NCBI GenBank assembly: GCA_051382295.1
Contig: JBBCAW010000038.1
Span: forward strand, 1-64,000
Length of the DNA: 64,000 bases
Direction of reading: 5' to 3'
From: Bdellovibrionota bacterium FG-1
Lineage (GTDB): Bacteria; Bdellovibrionota; UBA1018
In this document: positions 27,929 through 37,518 of the stretch, one piece after another
How positions within the stretch are numbered: position 1 is the stretch's first letter
Layout: each line of letters starts with the position of its first letter
The notes under the pieces: generated by a model
The model's input: the letters and a program-made list of their open reading frames with translations, nothing else
Told to the model about the DNA's origin: nothing
Database searches by the model: none
Made by a program: the position numbers and the translations under genes

Positions 27929-28237
27929 ATGAAAAATGGAATTGCTATTTTGGCCCTGGCTTTTGTTTTGGTTCCGTCTGCATCCTTCGCTAAGCCTCCT
28001 ATTATGATGGCTTTCAAGGCTACTTATCCAACCACTAAGCTTGCAGTGAATTGTAAGGTTTGCCATACAACCCCGCCGCAGTTGAACCCTTATGGTCTGG
28101 ATGTGCAAAAGACCAAAGCCGCAGACGGAAAGTTTGATTTCAAGACGATTGAATCACTCGATTCTGATGCTGATGGCGTCTCCAATCTGGACGAAATCAA
28201 TGTGGGTACGAATCCTGGCGATAAGGATTCTCATTAA
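27929..28237 (+). CDS. Small secreted monoheme c-type protein with TSP3-like Ca-binding motif
   Basis: Signal peptide (SFA|K), CKVCH, LNPYG and DSDADGVSNLDEINVGTNPGD. Confidence 0.8.
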   Translation: MKNGIAILALAFVLVPSASFAKPPIMMAFKATYPTTKLAVNCKVCHTTPPQLNPYGLDVQKTKAADGKFDFKTIESLDSDADGVSNLDEINVGTNPGDKDSH

Positions 28238-28261
28238 TTCATATTAATAGCATCTACATCG

Positions 28262-28315
28262 GCGTCTCTTGAGAGTCGAGGTTTAGCCCTCCTTTCTCAA
28301 GAGACGCTTTTATTT
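28262..28315 (+). terminator. Rho-independent terminator
   Basis: GCGTCTCTTGAGA / TCTCAAGAGACGC stem followed by TTTTATTT. Confidence 0.7.
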
Positions 28316-28398
28316 AGGTCTGTACGACTGTCTAATTCTTGGGCAGTTTTGCACGATATTTCTTCAACAAAACCCAGATATAATAGCTAAAATGGCAT

Positions 28399-28414
28399 TG
28401 GTATATCCATTGCA
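28399..28414 (+). promoter_or_regulatory. Candidate sigma-54 promoter
   Basis: TGGTATATCCATTGCA (GG-N10-GC) upstream of ATG 28451. Confidence 0.5.
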
Positions 28415-28450
28415 CTCTTGTTGTCTAAATTTGAGACGATGGGAGTAAAT

Positions 28451-29506
28451 ATGTACCTGTTCAATAAAAAACGAATCATGAATCAAGCTCCGCTCACTGT
28501 TTCCATGGCAGTGGTTTTGGTTTTAATCAGCGGAGGGTGTGGTTCAACTCTCGATTTACAGCAGGGCAACGGGACGATTAGTCCTGGCGCAGGGCAAGGA
28601 AGTTCAGCAGGAACTCCAACCGCCACGGATACTTCATATCCCGTTCTGACAGGAACGAGTGACGGAGGATCAGGAGGTTCAGGGACCTCGGCTACGATGC
28701 CGCATCCGACTACAGTTACATTACCTATCAGTGCGGCTGCCGTGAAGGACGTGGTAGCCGGTATGGTGGGTAACCTGAGTTCACCCTTGGCTCCGGCCAA
28801 TATGAAGCCTAACGTGCCCAAGAGCACGACTGAGTGTTTATCCTACACTGTCATTCAGAAGGAAACCTTTTCAGCGGCTCAATTAACCCAGTCGGTGAAT
28901 GGGAATCGGTTTCCGACGGATACTTGGTGCAGTAATAAGAGTGCCCTTTGTGCAGATGGTAAAAAAACCGAAGATATTATTTGTTCCATGAAGGGCTATC
29001 AGACTGCTGTTTCGTCAAAGTCTGAAGGCTTTAACATCACGGCCTATGTGTTCCCATTTTACCCGACCTGCGTGTCCGATAAGGGCGGTTGCAGTGGTTT
29101 TACTCAACTGGTCTGCAGTAAAGTCCTGCTCAACGTAGCTGCGGATAAATTGCCGACTAAAACCGCGACAGTGGCAGTGACAGCCTCTTGCTTTCATGAG
29201 GCCGTGATTACCAAAGAAATCATTACTAATGATCGAATAAAAAAGAGCGTTAATGGAAATTCTTTTCCGCTGGATACTTGGTGTTCAGATCAGTCTCCGG
29301 TTTGTGCGCTGATTGCTAAGACTGTGCCGGAACTTGTTTGTCTCTTGAATGGATATTCCTCCGTGGTTCCGGCTGAAACGCAACAAAGCGAGTTTGATAT
29401 CACAGCCTATCTTCTACCTGGCAAGAACAATGCGACCTGCGTGTCGAGCCATAAGGGATGCGGTGGCTTGACCTCAATATCTTGTTTCAAGACTACGATT
29501 AAATAA
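28451..29506 (+). CDS. Lipoprotein with Gly/Ser/Thr linker and two tandem Cys-rich domains
   Basis: Lipobox ISGG|C; duplicated SVNGN.FP.DTWCS...C...C..KGY/NGY...F.ITAY..P...CVS..GC.G.T...C unit; GGGAG RBS. Confidence 0.7.
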   Translation: MYLFNKKRIMNQAPLTVSMAVVLVLISGGCGSTLDLQQGNGTISPGAGQGSSAGTPTATDTSYPVLTGTSDGGSGGSGTSATMPHPTTVTLPISAAAVKDVVAGMVGNLSSPLAPANMKPNVPKSTTECLSYTVIQKETFSAAQLTQSVNGNRFPTDTWCSNKSALCADGKKTEDIICSMKGYQTAVSSKSEGFNITAYVFPFYPTCVSDKGGCSGFTQLVCSKVLLNVAADKLPTKTATVAVTASCFHEAVITKEIITNDRIKKSVNGNSFPLDTWCSDQSPVCALIAKTVPELVCLLNGYSSVVPAETQQSEFDITAYLLPGKNNATCVSSHKGCGGLTSISCFKTTIK

Positions 29507-29507
29507 T

Positions 29508-30914
29508 TTAGGGCAACACGGTTTGCCGTCGTTTTTCGATGAGTTCTTTTGCCCGAGTTCGCGAGATCTCAAAAGGATTGGTGGCTTGACGCTGAAGAAT
29601 TTCCAAGATGGGTTCCCAATCTTGATGGGACTCATTTTGGAGCGATTCCAGACGCGCAATCAGACGAGCTTCCCAACGTCGAGCGTGATCATCGGGGCGT
29701 TCCACGAGTGTTTTGTAGGTTTCCGTGGCGGCCATCCCCACATAGGGGATCCAGGCAGCCGCAAAGATCACGCCGGCACTTTCGATTTCTAGCGCAACCC
29801 GAGTGCCGTAGATCCAATGGGGCTTGGACGCGTCCCACGCCCATTTAGGTTCCGAAAAAGAGCTGACGCCAAAACGGAGGTAGGAGGACAAGTAGATTCG
29901 TCCCGGCGACGGGGCATCCCAGCTTGAGGTCCAATCGAAGTGTTCACTTAATGTGCTGTAGGGCTCACCTTGTTTTTGGAGCCAACGGCGTGTGAGAATT
30001 GTGGCGGTTTTCTGGATTTTCAAGGCCTTGCGCCAAGTTGAAATCGGCTTTTTCCAAATCCACTGAGGGATATCCAATAGGGAGCTTTGAAAGTAGAGGA
30101 TAGAAGTGACCGCTCGGCCTTTTTCGTTCGGAGTTAGTTCAGGAAGGGAGTCTTCCATCATTTCTAAAAAGGCGTCTTGATGGCTGTAAATTAATAGATC
30201 TTCGTATCGAAAAAATCGATCTAACGCAGTACCAAAAAGCGCTCCGACCAGGGGTACAGGGATAAAGCTAACCGCGGTGTACAAACCGGCTCGAATCAGT
30301 TCTCTGGCAATCGCTTCGGTCAATTGCGCTTTGGGTTTTCGCAGATTGGCGATTGAATAGAGTGAGGCGGCCTTGACATCTAATGGGGATGGATTCCAGT
30401 AAATCGTATAATGTCCATCGGGGTTGCGGATAAATTCGATTTGCTCAAAGAAGTGGGGGTGCCTTTTTTCGACTGCTTTTGAATACCGTGCAAAGCGTCG
30501 TGGGGAGGTCGCTATTCGGAGAAAGTCGATATCTGAAAGCAAAAAACGGGACGGCTCATTTTGAAATGTCGTCAGTCGTTCGTCTTTCCATGGGATCTGA
30601 CGCCACCAGTCGGTTGAAGTGGTTGCCAGCGTTTTGTTATTTTGAGCGGTACTCCATTGTTCGAGGGGTGGGGTTTCAGAAAGTGCCACTCGGGTGGCAA
30701 AACCGGGAAAGGACAAGTCAAAGATTGAAATAGCTCGGCCATGGTTATTTCGTTCAAGTGCCCATCGGGTTCCGAGGGGAAGGAGGGCCGCGGAGGCTGT
30801 CAGGGATCCCATCAGTACGGCAACGAATAAGAAGAATTGAATCGGTTTGTTAGGGTGGGCTGGCCAGCGGGGGGGAACAAACTTCATGTTCGTTGGGTCC
30901 TCTTTGAGAGTCAT
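29508..30914 (-). CDS. Hypothetical exported protein
   Basis: 468-aa ORF with signal-like segment and internal hydrophobic helices; no recognised motif. Confidence 0.6.
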   Translation of the reverse strand: MTLKEDPTNMKFVPPRWPAHPNKPIQFFLFVAVLMGSLTASAALLPLGTRWALERNNHGRAISIFDLSFPGFATRVALSETPPLEQWSTAQNNKTLATTSTDWWRQIPWKDERLTTFQNEPSRFLLSDIDFLRIATSPRRFARYSKAVEKRHPHFFEQIEFIRNPDGHYTIYWNPSPLDVKAASLYSIANLRKPKAQLTEAIARELIRAGLYTAVSFIPVPLVGALFGTALDRFFRYEDLLIYSHQDAFLEMMEDSLPELTPNEKGRAVTSILYFQSSLLDIPQWIWKKPISTWRKALKIQKTATILTRRWLQKQGEPYSTLSEHFDWTSSWDAPSPGRIYLSSYLRFGVSSFSEPKWAWDASKPHWIYGTRVALEIESAGVIFAAAWIPYVGMAATETYKTLVERPDDHARRWEARLIARLESLQNESHQDWEPILEILQRQATNPFEISRTRAKELIEKRRQTVLP

Positions 30915-31083
30915 CCTTTTTATTATTCTAGGCTAAAGGACGGTTTTTAGCTTGAGCCGAATCAGTAGGACTTCAATTACCGTGCTCATGACCCTTTGCG
31001 TTAAGATAAAGGTGACAGAACTCTTGACGATAGACTGTTTAGGCCATAAAAAGAGCGTTCGATCATCAGGGTATTTCATTCGT

Positions 31084-31160
31084 CTCAGGGTAGCTCAGTT
31101 GGTTAGAGCACGGCATTCATAACGCCGGGGTCGGGAGTTCAAATCTCCCCCTTGAGACCA
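31084..31160 (+). tRNA. tRNA with CAT anticodon (elongator Met or lysidine-type Ile2; not initiator)
   Basis: Acceptor CTCAGGG/CCTTGAG, D arm GCTC/GAGC, anticodon loop TTCATAA, T arm GGGAG-TTCAAAT-CTCCC and encoded CCA; C1-G72 paired and no three G-C pairs in the anticodon stem. Confidence 0.93.
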
Positions 31161-31229
31161 TTTCAAATCCCGCTCAGCAAAATTCTTCTCTTTATTTTCC
31201 CTGGCAATCAAGGCTAGTTCTGGTTCTCG

Positions 31230-32228
31230 ATGTCGACGAACCCATCCAAAGGCCATGAGTTGTTTCCTGCTTTAATCTCGCATTACCCGAGCCCTGGCAG
31301 TGTTGGTGGCAGATTGATTCGGCAGATGGTGGCCACACTTCAAAAGGCGGGCGTGCAATTACCGATAACTTCGGATATCCTTATCGCCTGTTCAGGTGGA
31401 TCCGACAGCGTCGCACTGGCTCACATTATGGCCCGCTACGGAAGACGCGTGGGCACCCAAGGACAAATCACTCTTCTTCATGTCAATCATGGGTGGAGGG
31501 GGGGTGAGTCTGATCAAGACGCCCAGTGGGTTTTGGAATTGGGTAAAAAACTCGGAGTTGCGGCTCGCATTGAATTATTGAACACCCCAGCTATGGGTTC
31601 AGACTCTTGGGAAGAAACCGCTCGCACAGGTCGCAAGGCGATCTTCGAACGAATATCTCAAGAAAAAAATGGGATCGTGTTGACCGCTCATCAAGCCGAC
31701 GATGTCGCAGAAACGGTACTTTGGCGGATTTTGACAGGTGCAGCGAGCACGCATGGGGGTGGAATCGCAGTGCGTCATGGGGTGGAGGTGCGCCCAGTTA
31801 TTGCGGTGCGCAAAGAGGAGCTTCGGAATTACCTGATCGAAGAGGGGCAGAAGTGGAGGGAGGATCTTACGAATAGTGAGGGGCGGTTCATGAGGTCCCA
31901 AATGCGGAGAGACCTCATGCCGGCACTGGAACGTATTTTTCCTAAGGGAATCAATCACCTTTGTTCGTTAGCTCAACAAGCACAGGAAGCGGGTATTTAC
32001 GGAGACGAGGGCAGCCCTTTGAGTAATGCGCCCAGTGTCATTGCCTCGTTTTTTGGGGCTGTAGGATTAAAACTGAGACGCGGACACTGGGACGCCTTGA
32101 ATCACCAAGCGGAGCCGGGAGCGCTGAAAGACAAGATGGAGACAGAGCTCTATCTGCCAAAAGGGTGGCGAGTGAAATGTGATCGAAAAAAAGGCAAACG
32201 GCGGTGGGTGATTCAGTGTGAGGATTGA
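31230..32228 (+). CDS. tilS: tRNA(Ile)-lysidine synthetase (short form)
   Basis: ACSGGSDS PP-loop, HVNHGWRG, EE.AR, TAHQADDVAETVL, RP and EDLTN; precedes ftsH. Confidence 0.88.
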   Translation: MSTNPSKGHELFPALISHYPSPGSVGGRLIRQMVATLQKAGVQLPITSDILIACSGGSDSVALAHIMARYGRRVGTQGQITLLHVNHGWRGGESDQDAQWVLELGKKLGVAARIELLNTPAMGSDSWEETARTGRKAIFERISQEKNGIVLTAHQADDVAETVLWRILTGAASTHGGGIAVRHGVEVRPVIAVRKEELRNYLIEEGQKWREDLTNSEGRFMRSQMRRDLMPALERIFPKGINHLCSLAQQAQEAGIYGDEGSPLSNAPSVIASFFGAVGLKLRRGHWDALNHQAEPGALKDKMETELYLPKGWRVKCDRKKGKRRWVIQCED

Positions 32229-32354
32229 TCCCAAATTTTTTCGCACGATAGATGAGTTTTTGGATTGCTTCAGTGCCCAAAAAAGTGAGTATAGTGAGAC
32301 ATAAGTACTCGTCGTTCGCCAGCTGGTCGGCGTTAGAAAGGTCGGAAATCGAGA

Positions 32355-34289
32355 ATGAAACCTTCACACAAGACAGTTGCTTTGTGGATCGTGCTGATCT
32401 TGCTCTTTGCAAGTTTGTTTAAAGTGTTTGATCCAGGCACTAAACATCGCAAAGAACTCAAATTTAGCGAATTTATCACTCAGGTCAGAGATGGCAAAGT
32501 GGCTGAGGTTACGTTCAAAGCCGATAATCTGATTACTGGCACCTATAAGGATGCTGGACCGGATGGTCACAAATACTTTGAAACCGTGGGTGATACCGAA
32601 AACGGAAAAGTTTTCGAAATCCTTGAAAAGAACAATATCATTCCGAATTACGAGCATCCTGAGAAAACACCTTTTTGGCAGCAGGTGCTCATTTCATGGT
32701 TTCCGATGCTCTTGCTGTTTGTCTTTTTCTTTCTTTTTATGCGCCAAATTCAAGTGGGTGGTGGGAAAGCCATGTCCTTTGGAAAAAGTAAAGCGCGGCT
32801 ACTTACTGAAAGTAGTAATCGCGTGACATTTAAAGATGTCGCCGGGGCAGATGAAGCCAAGCAGGAACTGGAAGAAATTATTGAATTTTTGAAGGATCCG
32901 AAAAAATTTACCCGTCTGGGCGGGCGCATTCCTAAAGGCGTGCTTTTGATGGGATCTCCTGGAACGGGTAAGACTTTACTGGCTAAAGCGGTAGCCGGTG
33001 AAGCGGGTGTGCCCTTTTTCTCAATTTCGGGGTCTGATTTTGTCGAAATGTTTGTTGGGGTCGGGGCTTCTCGCGTGCGCGATCTTTTTGAACAAGGGAA
33101 GAAACATGCACCGTGTATTGTTTTTATTGACGAAATTGATGCCGTTGGGCGTCACCGAGGGGCTGGTTTAGGCGGTGGCCATGATGAACGTGAGCAGACA
33201 TTGAATCAGCTTTTGGTTGAAATGGATGGTTTTGAGTCCAATGAGGGGGTCATCTTAATTGCCGCGACCAATCGTCCGGATGTCCTGGATCCTGCTCTTT
33301 TACGTCCAGGTCGGTTTGACCGTCGAGTCGTAGTTTCGTCGCCGGATGTCCGAGGGCGCGAGCAGATTTTGAAGGTGCATACGCGAAAAACCCCCCTTGA
33401 TGTCAAAGTCAATCTCGGGGTGATTGCTCGTGGCACTCCTGGTTTTTCTGGGGCTGACCTTGAAAACCTGGTGAACGAAGCAGCCTTGATTGCCGCTCGG
33501 CAGGGCAAGAAATTCTTGGAAATGGCTGATTTTGAAAATGCTAAAGACAAGGTGTTGATGGGTGCTGAGCGCAAAAGTATGGTCATTACCGATCAGGAAA
33601 AGCGCACGACGGCTTATCATGAGGCAGGTCATACTTTGGTGGGTAAGTTCATGCCAGACACTGACCCTATTCATAAGGTGACGATCATTCCTCGGGGAAT
33701 GGCTCTTGGCCTCACTCAAACGCTCCCCTCTGAAGATCGTTTGAGCCTCACCAAGGATCGTGCTGAAAACAATATCGCTTTCCTGATGGGGGGGCGAATT
33801 GCTGAAGAATTGGTGTTGAGTCAAAAGACGACTGGTGCTGGAAATGATCTTGAGCGAGCTACTGATCTCGCTCGCCGGATGGTCTGTGAATGGGGGATGA
33901 GTGACGTTCTGGGTCCCCTGACTTTTGGTAAAAAAGAAGAAGCCATCTTTTTGGGTCGTGAGATTGCGCAACATCGCGATTACTCAGAGCAAACAGCGCA
34001 AACGATTGACCGTGAGGTTCGTGACATCTGCGAACGAAATTACCGTCGGGCCAGGGAGATTCTTTCGACCAAACTCAATCTTCTCCATGACTTAGCCAAG
34101 GCATTGTTGGAGTATGAGACTTTGGATGGGGATGAGGTTGAAACGATTGTCCAAGGCCGCAAAATCACGCGACCTATTCCAGTCCCGATGAATACAACTC
34201 CCGAAGGTGGGGGCACTGCTCCGGTGACTGCGGGTGGCCAAACCAATACGCCCAGTGGAGGTCCTGCGCCGGCGCCGATGCCGGCCTAA
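32355..34289 (+). CDS. ftsH: ATP-dependent zinc metalloprotease FtsH
   Basis: Two TMs, [26 protein letters not shown] and HEAGH. Confidence 0.98.
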   Translation: MKPSHKTVALWIVLILLFASLFKVFDPGTKHRKELKFSEFITQVRDGKVAEVTFKADNLITGTYKDAGPDGHKYFETVGDTENGKVFEILEKNNIIPNYEHPEKTPFWQQVLISWFPMLLLFVFFFLFMRQIQVGGGKAMSFGKSKARLLTESSNRVTFKDVAGADEAKQELEEIIEFLKDPKKFTRLGGRIPKGVLLMGSPGTGKTLLAKAVAGEAGVPFFSISGSDFVEMFVGVGASRVRDLFEQGKKHAPCIVFIDEIDAVGRHRGAGLGGGHDEREQTLNQLLVEMDGFESNEGVILIAATNRPDVLDPALLRPGRFDRRVVVSSPDVRGREQILKVHTRKTPLDVKVNLGVIARGTPGFSGADLENLVNEAALIAARQGKKFLEMADFENAKDKVLMGAERKSMVITDQEKRTTAYHEAGHTLVGKFMPDTDPIHKVTIIPRGMALGLTQTLPSEDRLSLTKDRAENNIAFLMGGRIAEELVLSQKTTGAGNDLERATDLARRMVCEWGMSDVLGPLTFGKKEEAIFLGREIAQHRDYSEQTAQTIDREVRDICERNYRRAREILSTKLNLLHDLAKALLEYETLDGDEVETIVQGRKITRPIPVPMNTTPEGGGTAPVTAGGQTNTPSGGPAPAPMPA

Positions 34290-34296
34290 GTAAACC

Positions 34297-35163
34297 GTGA
34301 GTGATCTGTTACTGAACCTACATTCTAGCCTGAGAGTAATCGACCTGCTGGATGTCGGGCTCGTTGCTTTTGTGGTCTACCGCGTTTTGCTTTTGATCAA
34401 GGGTACGCGGGCGATGCAAATGTTGACCGGTCTTGGAATTTTGGGGATCGGGTTTTATCTCTCGAGTAAATTTGAGCTTTTTACCACACATTGGTTACTA
34501 TCGTATTTTTTCGATTATTTCATTTTGATCGTCATCGTATTGTTTCAAGATGATTTACGACGAGCGCTAACTCATGTAGGTAAAAACCCATTTTTTACGG
34601 GGGCCTCGGCTGAGCAAGAACGTGAAATGGTGGATGAGATTGCTCGCGCCGCCACTCGTTTAGCTAAAGAACGTATTGGCGGCTTGATTGTGATTGAGCG
34701 CGAAACGGGGCTCAAAAACTTTATTGATACGGGCTCTCGTCTGGAATCAAGGGTGAAGGCCGAGTTGATGTACGCAATTTTTGTTCCTACTTCGCCGATT
34801 CATGATGGTGCCGTGATTATTACCGGGGGGCGGATTGCCGCTGCAGGGTGCTTTTTGCCACTCTCTAGAGATCCGAATATCGATAAACGCTATGGGACAC
34901 GTCATCGGGCGGCATTGGGACTCACCGAGGATTCGGATGCGATTGTAGTGCTCATTTCTGAAGAGGCCGGAGAGGCTCATCTCGTCAAAAACGGAAAGCT
35001 AACAACAAATCTCAATGAGCAGGAACTCAAACAGAGTCTCGCGGCGCTTTTGGATCTAGCGCGAGGACCGGTGAATTTGCCGCGACGAATGCGAGGGTTG
35101 TTCCAGGTGGGGCAGGCTCGTCCCCGGGGCCCCCATTGGAGAGGACGGCCTGGTGAAGATTAA
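34297..35163 (+). CDS. cdaA: Diadenylate cyclase CdaA
   Basis: Three N-terminal TMs, HDGA and GTRHRAA motifs. Confidence 0.95.
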   Translation: MSDLLLNLHSSLRVIDLLDVGLVAFVVYRVLLLIKGTRAMQMLTGLGILGIGFYLSSKFELFTTHWLLSYFFDYFILIVIVLFQDDLRRALTHVGKNPFFTGASAEQEREMVDEIARAATRLAKERIGGLIVIERETGLKNFIDTGSRLESRVKAELMYAIFVPTSPIHDGAVIITGGRIAAAGCFLPLSRDPNIDKRYGTRHRAALGLTEDSDAIVVLISEEAGEAHLVKNGKLTTNLNEQELKQSLAALLDLARGPVNLPRRMRGLFQVGQARPRGPHWRGRPGED

Positions 35164-36082
35164 AAATGCGACGCCCCATTCACTGATCGGTATTTTGGTA
35201 ACCAATTTAGGGACCAAGTTGATTTCCGTCGCGATCGCGATCGTCCTTTGGATGATCGTTTTGGGGTCTCGAAATGTGGAAGCGACCAAAGAAGTTCCTC
35301 TTGAAGTCGTCACGTCGCCCGAGTCAATCCCCAGTAATGAGATTCCAGATCGAATCTCATTCCGTTTGTCGGGGCCCAAGGCATTTCTGCGTACGGTATT
35401 AGACCGAAAGGAAGAACCGATTCGAGTCAATTTGACGGGGGCGAAGCCGGGCCTGGTGACCTATCGGTTTTTTTCAGACAATATTCGAGTTCCCATCGGT
35501 GTAAAGGTGCTTTCTATCAATCCTACGGCGGTTTTAGTGAAGCTCGAAGCGCTTAAACGCAGAGAGGTTCCGGTCAAGATTGAGTTAAGGGGAAGTGTTC
35601 CAGACGGCTATCGGATTGTTCGCGCGACTGTCCATCCTGAAATGGTCAGGATTAAGGGGGCCGAGACGCGCGTTGATAGCGTCTCTGAGTTACCGACGCT
35701 CCCCTTTGATGTATCTGGCCTTCGGCAAACTCATGAGCGGGAGGTGGGTCTTGACCTCTTGCGGTATGGTGTTCAAGTGGATGGACCTGCTCCCAAAGTG
35801 ACCGTCGAAATCGAGCCGGTGTCGGCAAACTTTCGAATCAAGAATGTGGACATCCGAGTTCTCAGTTCCTATAACGTCAAGTTGGATGAGAAGTCTGTGA
35901 GTGTCCTCGTACGCGCGGACCCAAAAGACCTCAAATTCTTGAATCATAGCCACATTTATGGAGTTGTGGATTTGACCGGCAAACCTAAAGGAAAGTACCA
36001 GGAGTTTGTCAAAGTGACTCTTCCCGAAGGGATTGGTTTGGTGAAGGTCATTCCAGACAAAATCAATGTGACTCTTTATTGA
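35153..36082 (+). CDS. cdaR: YbbR-domain CdaA regulator CdaR
   Basis: KLIS...AI.LW N-terminal TM, repeated YbbR-like beta domains; lies between cdaA and glmM. Confidence 0.85.
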   Translation: MKIKNATPHSLIGILVTNLGTKLISVAIAIVLWMIVLGSRNVEATKEVPLEVVTSPESIPSNEIPDRISFRLSGPKAFLRTVLDRKEEPIRVNLTGAKPGLVTYRFFSDNIRVPIGVKVLSINPTAVLVKLEALKRREVPVKIELRGSVPDGYRIVRATVHPEMVRIKGAETRVDSVSELPTLPFDVSGLRQTHEREVGLDLLRYGVQVDGPAPKVTVEIEPVSANFRIKNVDIRVLSSYNVKLDEKSVSVLVRADPKDLKFLNHSHIYGVVDLTGKPKGKYQEFVKVTLPEGIGLVKVIPDKINVTLY

Positions 36083-36093
36083 AAAGGGTAGAT

Positions 36094-37512
36094 ATGAAGC
36101 AACAGCAGAAGCTTTTCGGAACCGATGGCATCCGGGGATTGGCCAATGAGTTTCCCATGACCGGAGAAGTCGCGATGGCCGTCGGCCGTGCCGTGGCCCA
36201 TGTGCTTCGAAGTCTTCCAACCGTCACCAAAAGTTCAATACCGATTGGCCTCAAAGCTTTGGAGTCCAATCAGCCGATCAGGCGTGCGCGAATTGTGGTG
36301 GCCAAGGATACGCGGCTATCGGGGTATATGATCGAAAATGCGATTGCTTCCGGAATCTGTTCGATGGGGGCTGATGTGATTTTGATCGGACCCCTTCCTA
36401 CGCCGGGGGTGGCGTTTGTTACTCAAAGTATGCGCGCGGATGCAGGGATTATGATTTCAGCATCTCATAACCCCTATTACGATAACGGTATTAAAATTTT
36501 TTCTGCCGATGGCTACAAGCTTCCGGATGAAATGGAAAATGAAATTGAACGTTTGGTTTTGACCCAGGAAATTGCCAAGATTCGGCCCACAGGGGATCTC
36601 GTCGGAAAAGCTCAACGAATCGATGATGTTTATGGTCGATATGTCGTATTTCTGAAGGCTCTTTTTCCTCGCGATATGGATTTACTAGGAGTGCGAGTGG
36701 CCTTGGATTGCGCTAACGGCGCGGCCTACAAGGTAGCTCCGTTGGTATTTGAGGAATTAGGAGCTGAGGTGATTCGTCGTGGAGTTTCTCCTAATGGTCT
36801 AAATATCAATGACCATTGTGGAGCGCTTTATCCTGAAGGCATTGCCAGCGCTACGCGCGAGTATCGCGCGGATATTGGGATAGCGCTTGATGGAGACGGG
36901 GACCGTTGTATTTTGTCCGATGAAAACGGTGAAATCGTCGATGGGGATCAAATCATTGGACTGTGCGCCCTTCAAATGGCCGAAGAAGGAACTCTTCGCA
37001 AAAAGACCGTTGTGACGACGCCCATGTCCAATATCGGTCTTGAGGTGGCACTCAATGAGCACGGGATTGAAATGGTCCGTGCTCAGGTAGGGGATCGGTA
37101 TGTCGTGGATACCATGAGAAAAAACGGATATTCCCTAGGAGGGGAGCAGTCTGGACATATCGTGTTCTTGGAAAACTCCACAACGGGTGACGGTATTGTC
37201 GCCGCGCTCAAGGTGCTTGAAGCGATGAGACGGACAGGGAAGCCCCTTTCTGAACTTAAAAAGGTGGTTAAACTTTTTCCTCAGGTCCGCAATGATGTGA
37301 AGGTTTCTCGCAAAGAACCTTTTGACCGGCATAAAGATATTATTCAAGCGATTACCGCGGCCGAGGAGGCCTTGAGTAATAAAGGCCGAGTTTTTGTGCG
37401 GTATTCGGGTACGGAAGCCTTGGCACGGGTGATGGTGGAGGGCGAGGATGCCGAGCAGATTGCTATTCTTTCACAACGGATTGCTAGTTCAATTCAACGG
37501 ATTTTGGGGTAA
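36094..37512 (+). CDS. glmM: Phosphoglucosamine mutase
   Basis: LFGTDGIRG, KDTRLSGYM, ISASHNPYYDNGIK, DGDGDR, GGEQSGH and RYSGTE. Confidence 0.96.
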   Translation: MKQQQKLFGTDGIRGLANEFPMTGEVAMAVGRAVAHVLRSLPTVTKSSIPIGLKALESNQPIRRARIVVAKDTRLSGYMIENAIASGICSMGADVILIGPLPTPGVAFVTQSMRADAGIMISASHNPYYDNGIKIFSADGYKLPDEMENEIERLVLTQEIAKIRPTGDLVGKAQRIDDVYGRYVVFLKALFPRDMDLLGVRVALDCANGAAYKVAPLVFEELGAEVIRRGVSPNGLNINDHCGALYPEGIASATREYRADIGIALDGDGDRCILSDENGEIVDGDQIIGLCALQMAEEGTLRKKTVVTTPMSNIGLEVALNEHGIEMVRAQVGDRYVVDTMRKNGYSLGGEQSGHIVFLENSTTGDGIVAALKVLEAMRRTGKPLSELKKVVKLFPQVRNDVKVSRKEPFDRHKDIIQAITAAEEALSNKGRVFVRYSGTEALARVMVEGEDAEQIAILSQRIASSIQRILG

Positions 37513-37518
37513 CTGAAC

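Noticed and set aside
17429..31160. Accessory block as a tRNA-integrated genomic island or prophage
   Set aside because: The block lies 5' of the tRNA; I found no duplicated tRNA 3' end, integrase or phage gene. Horizontal origin remains possible but is not shown.
31084..31160. Initiator tRNA-fMet
   Set aside because: C1-G72 is paired and the GGG/CCC anticodon stem is absent.
33206..33974. Long antisense ORFs inside ftsH (similar shadows in fadJ, lon, der and the cytochromes)
   Set aside because: They are fully nested opposite well-supported genes, with no motifs or RBS; expected from codon bias.
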